Below, piece after piece: positions 25,058 through 38,600 of a stretch of 64,000 nucleotides of DNA. Under the pieces are notes generated by a model. The model saw nothing but the letters and a program-made list of their open reading frames with translations, was not told the DNA's origin and did not search any database. Position 1 is the first letter of the stretch. Each line of letters begins with the position of its first letter. Where the stretch lies: NCBI RefSeq assembly GCF_006345805.1, contig NC_043004.1, positions 76,012,001 through 76,076,000 of the forward strand, given 5' to 3'. The stretch is from Octopus sinensis. Lineage: Eukaryota. Position numbers and translations under genes: made by a program.

Positions 25058-28000
25058 GTTAAGGTCACTGCTTGGAATCAAACTCGGAATCTTGGGGTTA
25101 GTAGCCCGCGCTCTTAACCACTACGCCATATCTGTCGAATGTAAATAATGTACATAATTCCTCATCTCTTAAATATAGAACTGTAAGAAAGGGTTTGTTT
25201 TTTACCTGCATATTCCAAATTTGAGGAGCACCTGTTGTGGAACCAGTGACAACAGTTTTGCCATCAGAAGTCATTAAACAGCAATCAACCCTGACTCCAT
25301 CTGCAATAACCACGGGTCCACCAATTGATGCCATGCTTCCACCGCCTGTATTGTAACCAGAGGCATGAGATTCGAAATTCGATGCGGAATATGACTTCAT
25401 TTGGTATTGGTAAGAAGATGACAGAGTGTTGCTTCCAGAGGCATAGCCGGAGGCATCGAGAGTGTTCTGAGAGAAGATATTGTCTTGCATTGTTCCTAAA
25501 CCTCGTGAACTTCCGCCACCACTCGACGCTCCTAATGTTGAATACATGGCATTGTTGTATTGCTGCTGTGAAAAACTGCCGCTTGTTGAGTGTGCCATGT
25601 TGCTTGTGTGAGTGTTAGATTCATAGTTGTAGTTTGCGACATTTTGGTCACCGCCGCCATAGCCAGCAGCGTTGTTTACATAAGCGAAATTTGAAGAACT
25701 TCCACCTCCTGCTCCAGCTGCTAAGTTGGTACTGCTGTCTGTATTCAAATTGACGGAACTCTGTTTAGCAGAGTAGTGAGCCGACGAAAACGATGTAGCA
25801 GCGCGGCCTTGTTGAGGGGTCCCGATCACGGTTCCTTTGTTTGAAAACGTGCCAGTGACGCGCAGGGTTGCCGAGTCACTGGAACCTGCGGCTGCATTAT
25901 TGATCTGAGTACTGGATCCACCGCCACTACCGATGTAAGTGAAACCGGACACGCTTGATCCACCGCCACCGCCGCCGCCGCCAGCCGATCCATTAATCAG
26001 GCCCTTACTTGATGCTGCTGCACCCACGTTACCAGACGACTGTTGTATGACTGGCCCAGACGTTGGTGGGGATATGGAAATTCCACCTCCATCTGTTGTC
26101 GATGAACCCATAGCAAATCCGCCCTGGCTTAATTTTATAAGACCAAAAGCGAAACCGGCTCCAAGGACAAGCAAACCTAAGAATGTTCCAGCAGCTGCTC
26201 CAGCTCGGTCGGCTGAACCAATTCCCTCGGCAATGCTGGCCCCAGTGCCAGCACCACTGAAAGCAGAAGGTGCCGCTTTGACAGGTTGAGCAACAATGGC
26301 GGCGTAGTGAGGCACATCAACAGCTACACCAACACCACCATTTCCAGCGTCAGCTATGAGAATTCCGTTAATCCCTGGTGGAGGGACAGAGACCGGTGGT
26401 ACAATCACACCACCTCCATCTCCACCACCACCACCACCACCACCACCACCATCTCCTCCTCCTCCTCCTCCTCCACCACCTGATATAGGAGGAGGAGTAG
26501 TTGTTACATGCGGAGGAATAACCACGTTTGTTCTCCTGAAATATAAAAGAAAATACAAGGAAAGTTTTAGAAATAATGCTAAAATAGATTTAAAAAAAAG
26601 TTCTGATAGAGGCATAGGTCCACATTTTAGGAGTTAAAAAACAGTTTATTAAATTAACTCCAGTAGTTAACTGGTACATGCTTCATCAATTTTTGGCGGA
26701 TGAAAAGCAAGAGTGACCTTGGTGAAGTTTGAACTGAGAAAAATCAACACATATATAACTCTTAAAGTGGTGAGCTGGCAGAAACGTTAGCACGCTGGCA
26801 GAAATGCTTAGCAGTATTTCGTCTGCCATTACATTCTGAGTTCAAATTCTGCTGAGGTCAACTTTGCCTTTCATCCTTTCAGGGTCGATAAATTAAGTAC
26901 TAGTTGCATATTGGGTCAATCTAATTGACTGGCTCCTTCCCGCAAAATTTTGGGCCTTGTGCCTAGAGTAGAAAATATATATATAACACTAGCTGAATTA
27001 CCTGGTAATACCTGAGTAAAATAAATTAGATAAATAGGTAGATTTACAAAGACATTGACAAATAGTCCACATATTGTAGCTGGCATTATCACATGTCATA
27101 GCTTATTGTAGCTGATTTATAAACATGTGCTACAGCACCCACCACCACCTAGGAGGCTCTTGTATAGATTTTTATTGAAATGCAATTAGCCTATCACTCA
27201 AATGGATGTTAGTTTAACATGTATGCAAAGTTTCATCAAGATTGGTTTACTGGTGTAGGCAGCACGATGGTAACAGACAGAAATTGTCATTTATGTATAA
27301 GATGCTCTATGTCTGTATATTTTTCATTTTTCATTGTCATCTAGTTTCAGCTCACGAGCTGTGGCCATGCTGGGGCACTGCCATTCGTTGGGGCACCGCC
27401 ATATATATATCCTTTTTTTTTTGTGAGTTACACTTTAGTATTTGAAGTTGTAGAATTTGTTCCGCTCTCTAAGATTAATATTTTCTAAAATCATGGGACA
27501 TGAAACGGAATCATTCGGTACAGTTTTTGGTATTAATTGTCTCATAATACTCTTTTATTTGTTTCAGTCATTTGACAGTGGCCATGCTGGAGCACTGCCT
27601 TAAAGGGTGTTAGTTGAAGAAATCGACCCCAGGTCTTATTCTTTGTAAGCCTAGTACTTATTCAATTCATCTCTTTTACTAAACTGTTAAGTTACAGGGA
27701 CATAAACACACCAGCATCGGTTATCAAGTGATGGCAGACACAAATATACACACACAAACATACATACACACACACACATATATATATATAAAATAAAAAA
27801 AATGGGACAAGAACGCAAAACATCCAGATAGACAATACAAAGAAAATAAGGATGAGTCATTCAGAGTTTTCTTTTCTCAGTCGAGTTCCAGATTATCTTT
27901 GCAATTTTGACTGGTTATACTCAAGATTGCTCCAATCTGGCCAGCCCCAAGGAAAAACTAAGCTAAGAGCATTAGATTCCTTTCGTTACTAGCCCAGCTG

Positions 28001-31000
28001 AAACTGGCTGTGGCTCTGAGTACAAATGTCTTGTTTTCATAAGTTTTGAATTTAAAATCTTCCACCAAACCTTAGTCATAATTTATGTTCCTAACACTAG
28101 CTTAATGATAACTAAGTTATTTTACTAAACTCTTTGTTATATTTAAAATAAACTGAAAGAAACACAGAGCATCTCAAAATAAATACAGTAACGAAAGGGT
28201 TAAAGTTGGAGAGAGAATAAGGTGGGCCTTAACCCTTTTGATACCAAACCGGCTGAAACTACCCCTGGCTTTGTAGTACAAATGTCTTGTTTTCATGAAT
28301 TTTGAATTAAAATCTTCCACCAACGGGTTAAGCACCAAATCCAGTATATCTGCAATAAACCTTTTAACTTACCCTGAAAGAGAATATGGTATATCTGCAA
28401 TGACGACATCACCTGATAAACTCTTTTTATTCAGTTTCTCAAACAGGAATAGATTATTGAAATTGTAACCTGGCCAAAAGAATAAAATAATAAAAGATAT
28501 TAAATTTAAAAAAAAGAGAATATGATTAGAACTCAATAGAATGCAACAGGACAAAAAAATCAGAGTATGGGGACTGCCAAATGTGGAAGATGAAAAGCCC
28601 AGCAATACTTGTTATGGGGGCATTTGGAGTAATAATGAAAGAAATGGAAAAATTTGTAAATATGGTACCAACAGGTACAGCACACATTTTATGAAGCGCT
28701 CTATTAGTTTGAGTTTTATAGCATTTTCTTTGAGTACCAAAGGGGAACACCGTTAAGCGAAAAGTTAACTTTGTTAACTATTAATCCGTTAACCAAAAAT
28801 TTAACTGTGCCAAGGGATGGAGAGGTTTAAGTATGATAAACGGACAGGAACTGGTGTCTTGCTGTAGAAATCTTACATGGCTATCCCAGGTGGAAGGTTG
28901 TACCCCTTGGGCAAAAGTCTTCTATTGCAAACATGAGCTGATGCAAGTCTTGTGACTGTAACTGAGTGTACAGAAACTGTACTGAAACCTGATAGAGGGA
29001 ATAAACTAGTTTATGGGTGCCAGGCTTAATCTACTGCTCAATTTAACATCACCACTAAAGGTACCTCGGATGCCTTTAGTAATAATAATAATGAAATTAT
29101 TGTATACAGTGCTCAGGTGCACCACAACTTGTCAAAAAGCATATACAGTAATGTACAAATGTCTGGAAAGTGAACAGTGTATGAGTCTGGTACATGCTTG
29201 CGTGTGTATGGAGGGAGAAAATCAGGTGTAGTGTTGGCGAATCTCAGGAAGCATGGAAATTTTGAAGGATGCAGTGCTCCGACAACTAACAACTGATGCC
29301 GGCAGTTTGTTCCATGCTTTAGCAACTCTTAGCGTGAAAAAATGTTTCCGAAAGTCATGGGAGCTGAGCTGTTTTCTGACTTTGTAAACATGTCCATGGG
29401 TGTTAGACAGGTGGAGTTTGAAAAGGTGCTCAGAGTTATTGTTTGTAAGATGATTAATAATTTTATGGGTGTCTGCGAAATCAGCTGCCAGACATCGGAG
29501 TTTCAATGTATCCATGCTCAGGGAAGTAAGGTGTTCAGAATATGGCAAATGCCTGATGGATGGTATTCTCTTGATTGCATGTCGCTGAACGGCTTCCAGA
29601 CGATTAATATCCTGGGCAAGAGAGGAGTTCCAGACAGGTGATGCAAATTCCAGGTGAGGCCGCACCATAGCTATATAAAGCTTCAGATAGGTAGCTGGAG
29701 AGATAGCTAGAGATATCCGCTGTGTTGCAGATTTGGTCTCAGGTCAGAAGAAAACTTGATATCTTGATCTGTTCACTTCCTCCAGTTTCAAGTTGTGGAA
29801 TTTGTTTCTTTCTGCTGCTTTTTATTCCCACCCGTCTGTTGCATTACCTCCCTTGGCAGCCTAACTGTTCTTTCTTCTCTCCCTTTGACAAAACCATATA
29901 AAACGGCATCAGATACAAATAGAAAAACATTTGCGACTCATAAGCTGGAGTAATCGAGCGCAATCGCTGCTGCTGCTGCTGCTTGTTTGTTTGTTTGTTT
30001 GTTAAGCGAAGGGGTCTTCGTCGCAGAGCTCGCAAGATCGCGCCTCTGGAGAAGTTCGAAATGTGGTCCTTTGCTATTCGTAAGACCCGCAGAAGAGAAA
30101 GCAGGTCAACCCCCGACACCGAGAGCATCGATGGATGGACGAATGCGCATCCAGGCTCAGCGGTTGTGTAGGAAGTCGGGGACAAGAAACAGGAAGAAAG
30201 AGTGAGAGAAAGTTGGAGCGAAAGAGTACAACGGGGGTCGCCACCACTCCCTGTTGGAGTCTCATGGAGCTTTAGGTGTTTTCACTCAATAAACACACAC
30301 AACGCCTGGTCTGGGAATCGAAACCGCGATCCTCCGACTGCAAGTCCGCTGCTGTTAACCGCTTGAAGTAAAAAAGAAAGAAAAGGTACTCACCTCCAAT
30401 GATACCATAAAACGGTTCTTTGTATTCACTAGCAGAGATCTTTTGAGCTGCACCCACGGTTATTGTAGTTAATTTATCAAAATAGCCAGCTGGGTAGGTA
30501 TCTGCAAGTAAAAAGATTGGGTTAAGGTTTTCTAACAATGTCATAATGAACAACTGAAAATAAATGGACAAACGAGTATGTAGTGACGCTATTTTGGAAG
30601 TTTTTAGCGTGCATGCGCAGAGTTGGATTACTTCCAGTAGGCCGCCGGAAGTTCCCTCATGCGCATGTGCAGAGAACTGCCAATAGAAAGTTTTCCCGCT
30701 AGATCGGCCTTTTTGAAGCTGCAGCCCTATCGAGTGGACACGACTCAACCTTCTCTCAAGGAAAACCCAACACGTAGAGAAGCCCCCTTCTATGCGGGAA
30801 TGGAGACAGCATTTTGGCTCACACAAGTTAACTATTGTGAATGGTTTTATGGACTTGGCTACCAGTTTCGCCCTGAAGAAAATATATGTGTATAGATTTT
30901 ATTTTTGAATCCAGACAAAATAAAGTATTATTTATTGCTGTTGAAGATAGTTTAAGTTTTGGTTTTCCCTTCGACACAATTGAATGCAAAAGGATAAGAC

Positions 31001-32541
31001 TGACACCCCTCAAGTGTTCCTGAGACCTTCATCCTGTTACAAGTATGATTGCTAATGCAAGTACCTCCAAAGGATCTTTGGAGTAATGTTACTTGACAGG
31101 ATGTGGGTCAGAGATCAGGGGATCTCCCCAGCAGGAGCTGCTCCTTTTTTGTACTGGGAGGTCACAGCTTTGGTATCATGGAGAGGAAAGAATCACAAGA
31201 TTGATTCTTCAAGCTGAGCTTTACCAGCAGGAAATCTAGCAGAAGACCAGGAATGAGACTGTTGGATAATAGACATAGTCTCAATTGGTTACGCTTGGGA
31301 ATTCAGTTGGAAAGTGTAACAAGGGTGGCTTCAAGGTGAAGAAAATAACGGAGGGATGGAATAATTTGTTTTTATGACATTTCAAAATAAATCAAACAGT
31401 TGAAATACCTTTAATAATATTAATCTTCTTGTTTAGTCCAAGCTCAACCTAAACTGAGCACACCTATAGCCAAAGATAATCCAGTCTTAGCCATCTTTTC
31501 TCCCAAATGTATGGCATCTAAAAACAGACATGAGCATAGCAGTGTGGCTAAGAAGCTAGGCTTGCAACCAAATTAGGGGTGCAATACCAGTGTGCAGCAC
31601 CTTGGGTAAGTGTTTTCTATAATAGACCCGAGCCAAATAACATCTTGTGAGTGAAAATGGGTGCTGGAAACTGTGTGGAAGCCCACTGAATATGACTAGT
31701 GACTGAGACCTTTGGAAATATGCTGTGCGTGAGAAGACGACCCAGCAGGACAAGTGAGACCATAACCCGTGGCCTTTACCTGGGATGTAGCCAGTCCACT
31801 TATGCATACCTTTCCTTCTTTGGACACAAAACTCTGCTTGTGAAGACCTGTTGAGGCAAATGAAATCGAAATCGATCAAAAAATCAATGGAAATTTTAGT
31901 TGCGATATCAGTGCCGGTGGCACGTAAAAGAACCATCCGAACGTGGCTGTTGCTAGCGCCGCCTTGACTGGCCTCTGTGCCGATGGCACATAAAAAGCAC
32001 CAACCGATCGTGGCCCTTGCCGGCCTCCCCTGGCCCCTGTGCCAGTGGAACATAAAAAGCACCCACTACACTCACGGAGTGGTTGGTGTTAGGAAGGGCA
32101 TCCAGCTGTAGAAACACTGCCAGATCAGACTGGAGCCTGGTGCAGCCTCCTGGCTTCCCAGACCCCGGTCAAACCGAACAACCCATGCTAGCATGGAAAA
32201 TGGACGTTAAACGATGATGATGATATATATATATGTATATATGACGGTGCATGGTCAAGTGGTTAAGGTGTGGCACTCATGGTTTAGATGTTTGTGGGTT
32301 CAATTCTCAGACAGATTGGCACATTGTGTTCTTGATTAAAACACTTCTTTTTGCATTGCTCCAGTCTGTCTACTCAGATTTAAAGAAGAAGCCCTGTGAT
32401 GGAATAGCCTTCTGGTGAGAGGCAATGTTGGTCTGCTTGCCTAGCCAGTGGGTTAGCATTGTTCAAAATGCAAAGTGCATTGTAATAAGTGATGTATAAC
32501 AACATCTGATAATCTGGTCAATCATGAAATACATACATATA

Positions 32542-32590
<49 letters not shown>

Positions 32591-33709
32591 GGCAGTTTGT
32601 CTGTCTGTGTGTCTGTCAGGTTGTACCCTCACCCTGACCACGGCTTTCAACCGATTCTGATGAAACTTGACACACACATAGCCCAATGTCATAATTCAAA
32701 ACTAACGCAGCGAAAATTTTGAAAAGTTCCCCCAGTTCTGAAAAAAATCGATAAATTCGACATGGGGTCGAGAATCTAAGCTTTTTATATGCAACACATT
32801 TTCTGTTGTAGTTTTCGCAACTTGCAATCGATTTTCACCAAACTCATGGTGAAGCTTAATGTTACCCTAAGAAGCTTAATTCTGACGTTAGTTTTCCATG
32901 CAATACCTTACCATCAGAAAAAATCGATAAAAATCATGCCATTTTGGGAAATCGTGTTCAAATTCAAGATGACATATTTTCGACAATATCTTTCACAAAT
33001 TGGCAGGAATTTAAAAAAAAATTCACAGTGAGTATCATGTCTGCTCCAAGGTGCTATATGGCCCTTTTTATAGGATACTTTATTACTGGAAAAAATCGGT
33101 TAATTAAATCATATGTGGCACACATAGCAAACCGATTTGTGTATTAAACACAAACCACAGACTGTCTAGGGGACGCAACTCGACCTTTTTAACTCTCGGA
33201 AGCGTGGGGTAAGTATCCCAAAATGTATAAAAATGTACAAAAATGGCGAAAAAGCGGGCAGCAATGTGAGTGACAACAATGAAAAAGTCAAGTGACCAAA
33301 CTGAACAAACGAATGGAAAAGGTTTTTTGGTGCACACGACAAAAGCGGTTTATAATAAACCAAGAGTTTGCAAGTAGCGTCCGAGTACCCTTAGGGTACG
33401 TCAAAAATTTATGGTAAAACGTTTGAGGTGGTAGTTATAAAGAAAGTTTAAACAAAAAAAGTATTCGAATAAATTGTGGCTGCAGCAGCTATTAGCAGAA
33501 GTGGGTAAAGTCTTGAATGTAATTTCTTCCTGGTAGGAATTGGTTGGGTTGAATTATCGATAGCTGTTTGATAGTTATTTGGGAGTGAAGAGAAGACATT
33601 GCAACCTACACATGCGCCTTCGTTCCCTAGAGGGAAAGGACTAGATTGGGATTAGTCGTTGCCTACTAGGGGCTCTTACATACCCGGGCAACGCTGGGCT
33701 ATGCTGCTA

Positions 33710-33755
<46 letters not shown>

Positions 33756-33793
33756 ATATATATATATATATAATATATATATGTGTATATATA

Positions 33794-33859
<66 letters not shown>

Positions 33860-33881
33860 ATATATGTATATTATATATGTA

Positions 33882-33929
<48 letters not shown>

Positions 33930-33937
33930 GTATATTA

Positions 33938-34013
<76 letters not shown>

Positions 34014-34296
34014 AAAAAAAATGGAGTTGAATGCAGATGCTATTCAAATTCTTTTACTTTCGACATATGTTTCGAAGACAACATTGGTTTTATTCCAAAG
34101 GAATAAACGGTGTAAAATGCAATCTTCTCATCAGGAAAGAAAGAGAACCTATCTCAACAACAAGACATTATAAGAATTTTGATGACTGCATAAATGATAA
34201 ACGGAACGCTACCCTGAACGTGTGAATTTTGCTACCCTGGTAACTGTTTATTGAATTTTCCGTGTTAACGGCAAACAAAGGATAATACATTCATCC

Positions 34297-34332
<36 letters not shown>

Positions 34333-34729
34333 GGTATTAGTACCTAGAAGACCCAAAGAGTGGCAGGTAACACTAAGTAAGTGCTATGGACAGACCCTAG
34401 TTAAACTCTTGGTTTGATAGCGACATGAGTAAGACTATATCTATATCTCTTTCCTTATAAATGTCCTGGAAACTCCTCACAGCCTTGGCTTTGATATATA
34501 TTTTTGTCTAATATATATAGGTAAATTTAAAATGAGGGTGAGAAATTAGATATTAATTTAATTAACATCAATTTCACACCAGTGGTCTAGCATATAAAAA
34601 AACTGAAGGTTCAGTAAAATTGCATTATATACATATTAGAGGGAAACCACTATGTGGACACTCTTATGCTACAAATAGATCCATTCTAGCATAAGGGTGT
34701 CCACATAGTGGTTTCCCTCTAATATGTAT

Positions 34730-34766
<37 letters not shown>

Positions 34767-34768
34767 GT

Positions 34769-34799
<31 letters not shown>

Positions 34800-35576
34800 T
34801 GTGTGTGTGTGTGTGGTGTGTGTGTGTGTGTATATGTATTGCCCATGCTGGCATGAAAGGCGGATGTTAAACGACGATAATGATGATATGTGTGTGTGTG
34901 CATGTGTCTTTGTGTTTCTCCCCACTCACTGTTTGACAACTGGTGTTGCTTTGTTTACACCCCTGTACTTTAGAAGTGTGGCAAAGGAGACTAAAAAGAG
35001 ACCAAGTATGAGACTTTAAGAAAATAAATTCTAGGGGGTCAATTTATTCAACTAAACCCTTCAAGATGCTGACCCAGCATGGCTGCAGTCCAATGACTGA
35101 AACAAGCAGAATAGCAGATACTTAAAATAACAAGAAAATAGCACAAAAAAAACAACAACAATGTCTGACCTTCGTTTTCACTGGTAATACTTTCAATATT
35201 ATCTATTATCAAGACAGAGTCTGTAAAATTTCTCCTGAAGTACAAAGTGTGATATTCTCCATCACTGTAGTTCCCATTGCTGCTTAAGATGTGTTTACTT
35301 CCAGCTGTATCATAGATGGCCTGGATTTTGCCATCAACCTGAAAAGATAAATAGGGTCTGATACAGCCATAGTCACTACACTTTGAAATATTACTGTTGG
35401 CTGAATATATTTTATTTTGAAAATAAAAATAAAAATGTTTATCTTGTCCTGCATTTTATGAGAAATGGTGTTTGTTGCTTGCAGGTTTTTAACAGTTCAG
35501 TCACAGGTTCATAGCAATTTTGAAGGAAGGATGAGGGACCATCTCGCAACTTGGCAAATATATGTACATACATGCA

Positions 35577-35614
<38 letters not shown>

Positions 35615-38600
35615 TATACACATGTATGCATGCATGTATAATATATATATATATACGTAGTGAAAGAATAAAAGTGAAACTATTATATCACATTACAATA
35701 GAGATGTTATTGTTTCACTTTTGAAATGTAATACTGAAACAGTCTAAGAGATTGCTCCGGGCTCGCATTAGGCAAGCAGTTGGAAATTTTTTTGGCCCAT
35801 GACACTCCATGAACCCTAAGTAAGGCATGTGTAAAATTTGAATGAAATCAATTGGGTAGTTCTCAAGTTTTAGTGATACATACAGACAGACACACATTCT
35901 CAGTTTTATATATATATAAAATATAAATTAGAGAACCACTATTATGCAACTCAAACAGTGACAGACATAGACCAATACATAGATAACAAATAATATATAT
36001 TTTTATAAAACATATAACTTATAACTAGATCTCAAAAAGTATAAAATGAACGATCAATATATAATATGAGTTGCATAATAGTGGTTTTATGTCTAATTTG
36101 TATTTTATATATTTATACTGTGAAATTTGATTTAATATTAAATTGAATTTTTCCCTGTAAGTTTGGAGTTATACTCCCTAATACTATTATATATATAATA
36201 TATATATATATATATTATATATATATATATATATAGTAGTGAGAGGGAGAGAGAGAAAGAAAGAAAGAGATAAGATGTGGAAACATGACTGGGTGGAGAT
36301 TGGATAGGATGAGTGGATGAGTAAGTCTGGAGGTTGTGAAAGTAGAGTGGGAGATGGAGGGGAGGGGAATGTAGTGAGTAGGCATGGTCAGGAGGATAGG
36401 TTGCTAGTAGGGGTGGGTACAGGGGTGAGAGAGAAAGATAAATGAAAATAAAGAATGTGGAAAAAGGAACAACAAACCATTCGTATTTCGATGAAGTCAT
36501 CGTTGACGCTACTGACGATACGAGTCAAGACGCCATTAGTGTCATGTGTCATAAAGCCTAAAGCAAGTTTCTCTTCTGAAGAGTCAATACGTTTATCCGG
36601 TGGGTAGGTATATACTATTATACCATGCAGTTTGTTCTTGCCAATGTAGTAACCAATGGGCTCTGAAGAGAGAAAAACAAAAAGGGACCAACAATGTTAG
36701 TTTATTACTTACATAAAGAAGGCAGCTAGGCAGTTGTACATTAAAAAAAAACACAATTGATATCTGAGGCTTCCACACAGTTTCCATTTATTAAATGAGT
36801 AGATGTGGCAGCATAATATGTTTGCTTCCCAACCACATGGTTCTAGGTTTGGTCCCACTGTGTGACACTCTGGGTAAGTATCTTCTACTATAGGCAGGAG
36901 CACTCTGTTGGTTACGATGATGAGGGTCCCAGCTAATACGATCAACGGAACAGCAGCTTGTTTGTGAAATTAACGTGCAAGTGGCTGAGCACTCCACAGA
37001 TACGTATACCCTTAACATATTTCTCAGGGAGATTCAGCATGACACAGAGTGTGACAAGGCTGGCCCTTTGAAATACAGATACAACTCATTTTTGCCAGCT
37101 GAATGGACTAGAGCAACTAAAATAAAGTGTCTTGCTCAGGGATACAACACGTTGCCAGGAATTGAACTCACGACCTTATGATCACGAGCCGATTGTCCTA
37201 ACCACTAAGCCATGTGCCTTCACAACTTCTACTATAACCCTAAGCTGACCAGAGTTTTGTGAATGGGTTCGGTGTATATATTTATATATCTATAAGCTAG
37301 GAAATTGGCCAAGTCAATAGAGTATCAGATAGACTGCCTGGTAGGCTTCATTCGGGCTCTTTGTAATCTGAATTTGAATACCACTGAAGTCAGTTATATC
37401 TTTTGTCCTTCTGAGATTAATAAAGTATCAGTTCTGTACTGGAATCAAGTCTTCTCTCTTTTTTTTCTCTCCCTCTTTGGGAGGAAATCAAGTATGGTTA
37501 AATTTGGAGAGAGATGGCCCTTTTCCAGGTCTAAAAATGCCTAAGGTTTGCTGCGTATCATGATAATGTCTTTATAACTTTATCAGGAATCGAAGGCCCA
37601 AGGCAAGAAAAGGCAATTCACAGACACAATGAAGAAGGGTGGATATATGTCATTACATTTATTCCATAATTTACAATTGTTTCAACAATGTACAGGTGAC
37701 CAATCAAATACCATGTCTATAGACATGGATGATGGCAGAGATTTAGTCATGCATATTATGTAATGTGTGGAGGCATGTGGCCTAGTGTTTAGGGTGTCAG
37801 CATCATGATCGTAAGTTTGTGGCTTCAATTCCTGGACCAGGCGTTGTGTTGTGTTCTTGAGCAAAACACTTCATTTCATGTTGCTCCAGTCCACTCAGCT
37901 GGTAAAAATGAGTAACGCTGCGATGGACTGGCGTCCCGTCCAGCTGAGGAACACATATGCCATTGAAACCAGGCCCATAAGCCTGGCTAGGTTTTAAAAG
38001 GGACCGTTTATTTATTATATTTATTATGTAATGTATATTGCACAATAGCTACCACAGTCATTTAATCATAACCAAGGAGAGATGGCTATAATACATAAAA
38101 GAAATTAGCTATTCCATTAAAATGGGAAGAACTTTGCTTTGGATTAAAGTGAGAGGCACTGAAATTCAGAATCACAACATGAAGGAAAAACAGGCAGGTC
38201 AGCTGTATTTTTTAGTATCATAATTAGGTAGGGATTATTTATCAATTAGTGGATATAAGTCTGTCTTTGGACATGACTGATATATACACACACATACACA
38301 TACATATATCCCAACTTCATGGAAAGATGTGGCTTTCAGATTGTAGCATTAGGAGGAATTGTGGACTCTACAGACTGCACTGACGGCAATTTACTTAAGA
38401 AACAAGTAATCCTGAACAGAAACTAATACAGACCCTTTAACCCAGGCAGAGAACCTTTCTATGTACAGACATACTTTCGTAAAATAAATAAACATACAAA
38501 TAGGAGCATACTCACGTTCGGTACATCTAGTACCTGTGTAACCAGTTTTGTCACAGTTACATAGATAACCAGTCGGCCCTTGATAGCATTGCCCATTATT

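Noticed and set aside
15587-25320. WD40 exons as a separate gene
   Set aside because: The first WD40 blade shares a stop-free exon with the TM and the phases chain; no independent start was found.
25325-26637. Plus-strand ORFs with poly-Pro/poly-Thr (25325, 25939, 26286, 26356) and the poly-Asp ORF 43140-43799
   Set aside because: Antisense shadows of real exons or of a (GAT)n intron.
30272-30826. 184-aa ORF as an independent gene
   Set aside because: Only its 108-bp core is LamG-like and has proper splice sites; the rest is intron or SINE sequence.
33659-34106. Poly-IY/YI, poly-CV, poly-HT and poly-I/L ORFs here and at ~13290, 34660, 49930-50320, 55115, 60105
   Set aside because: Frames running through (AT)n, (GT)n and (AAT)n microsatellites; no splice or domain support.
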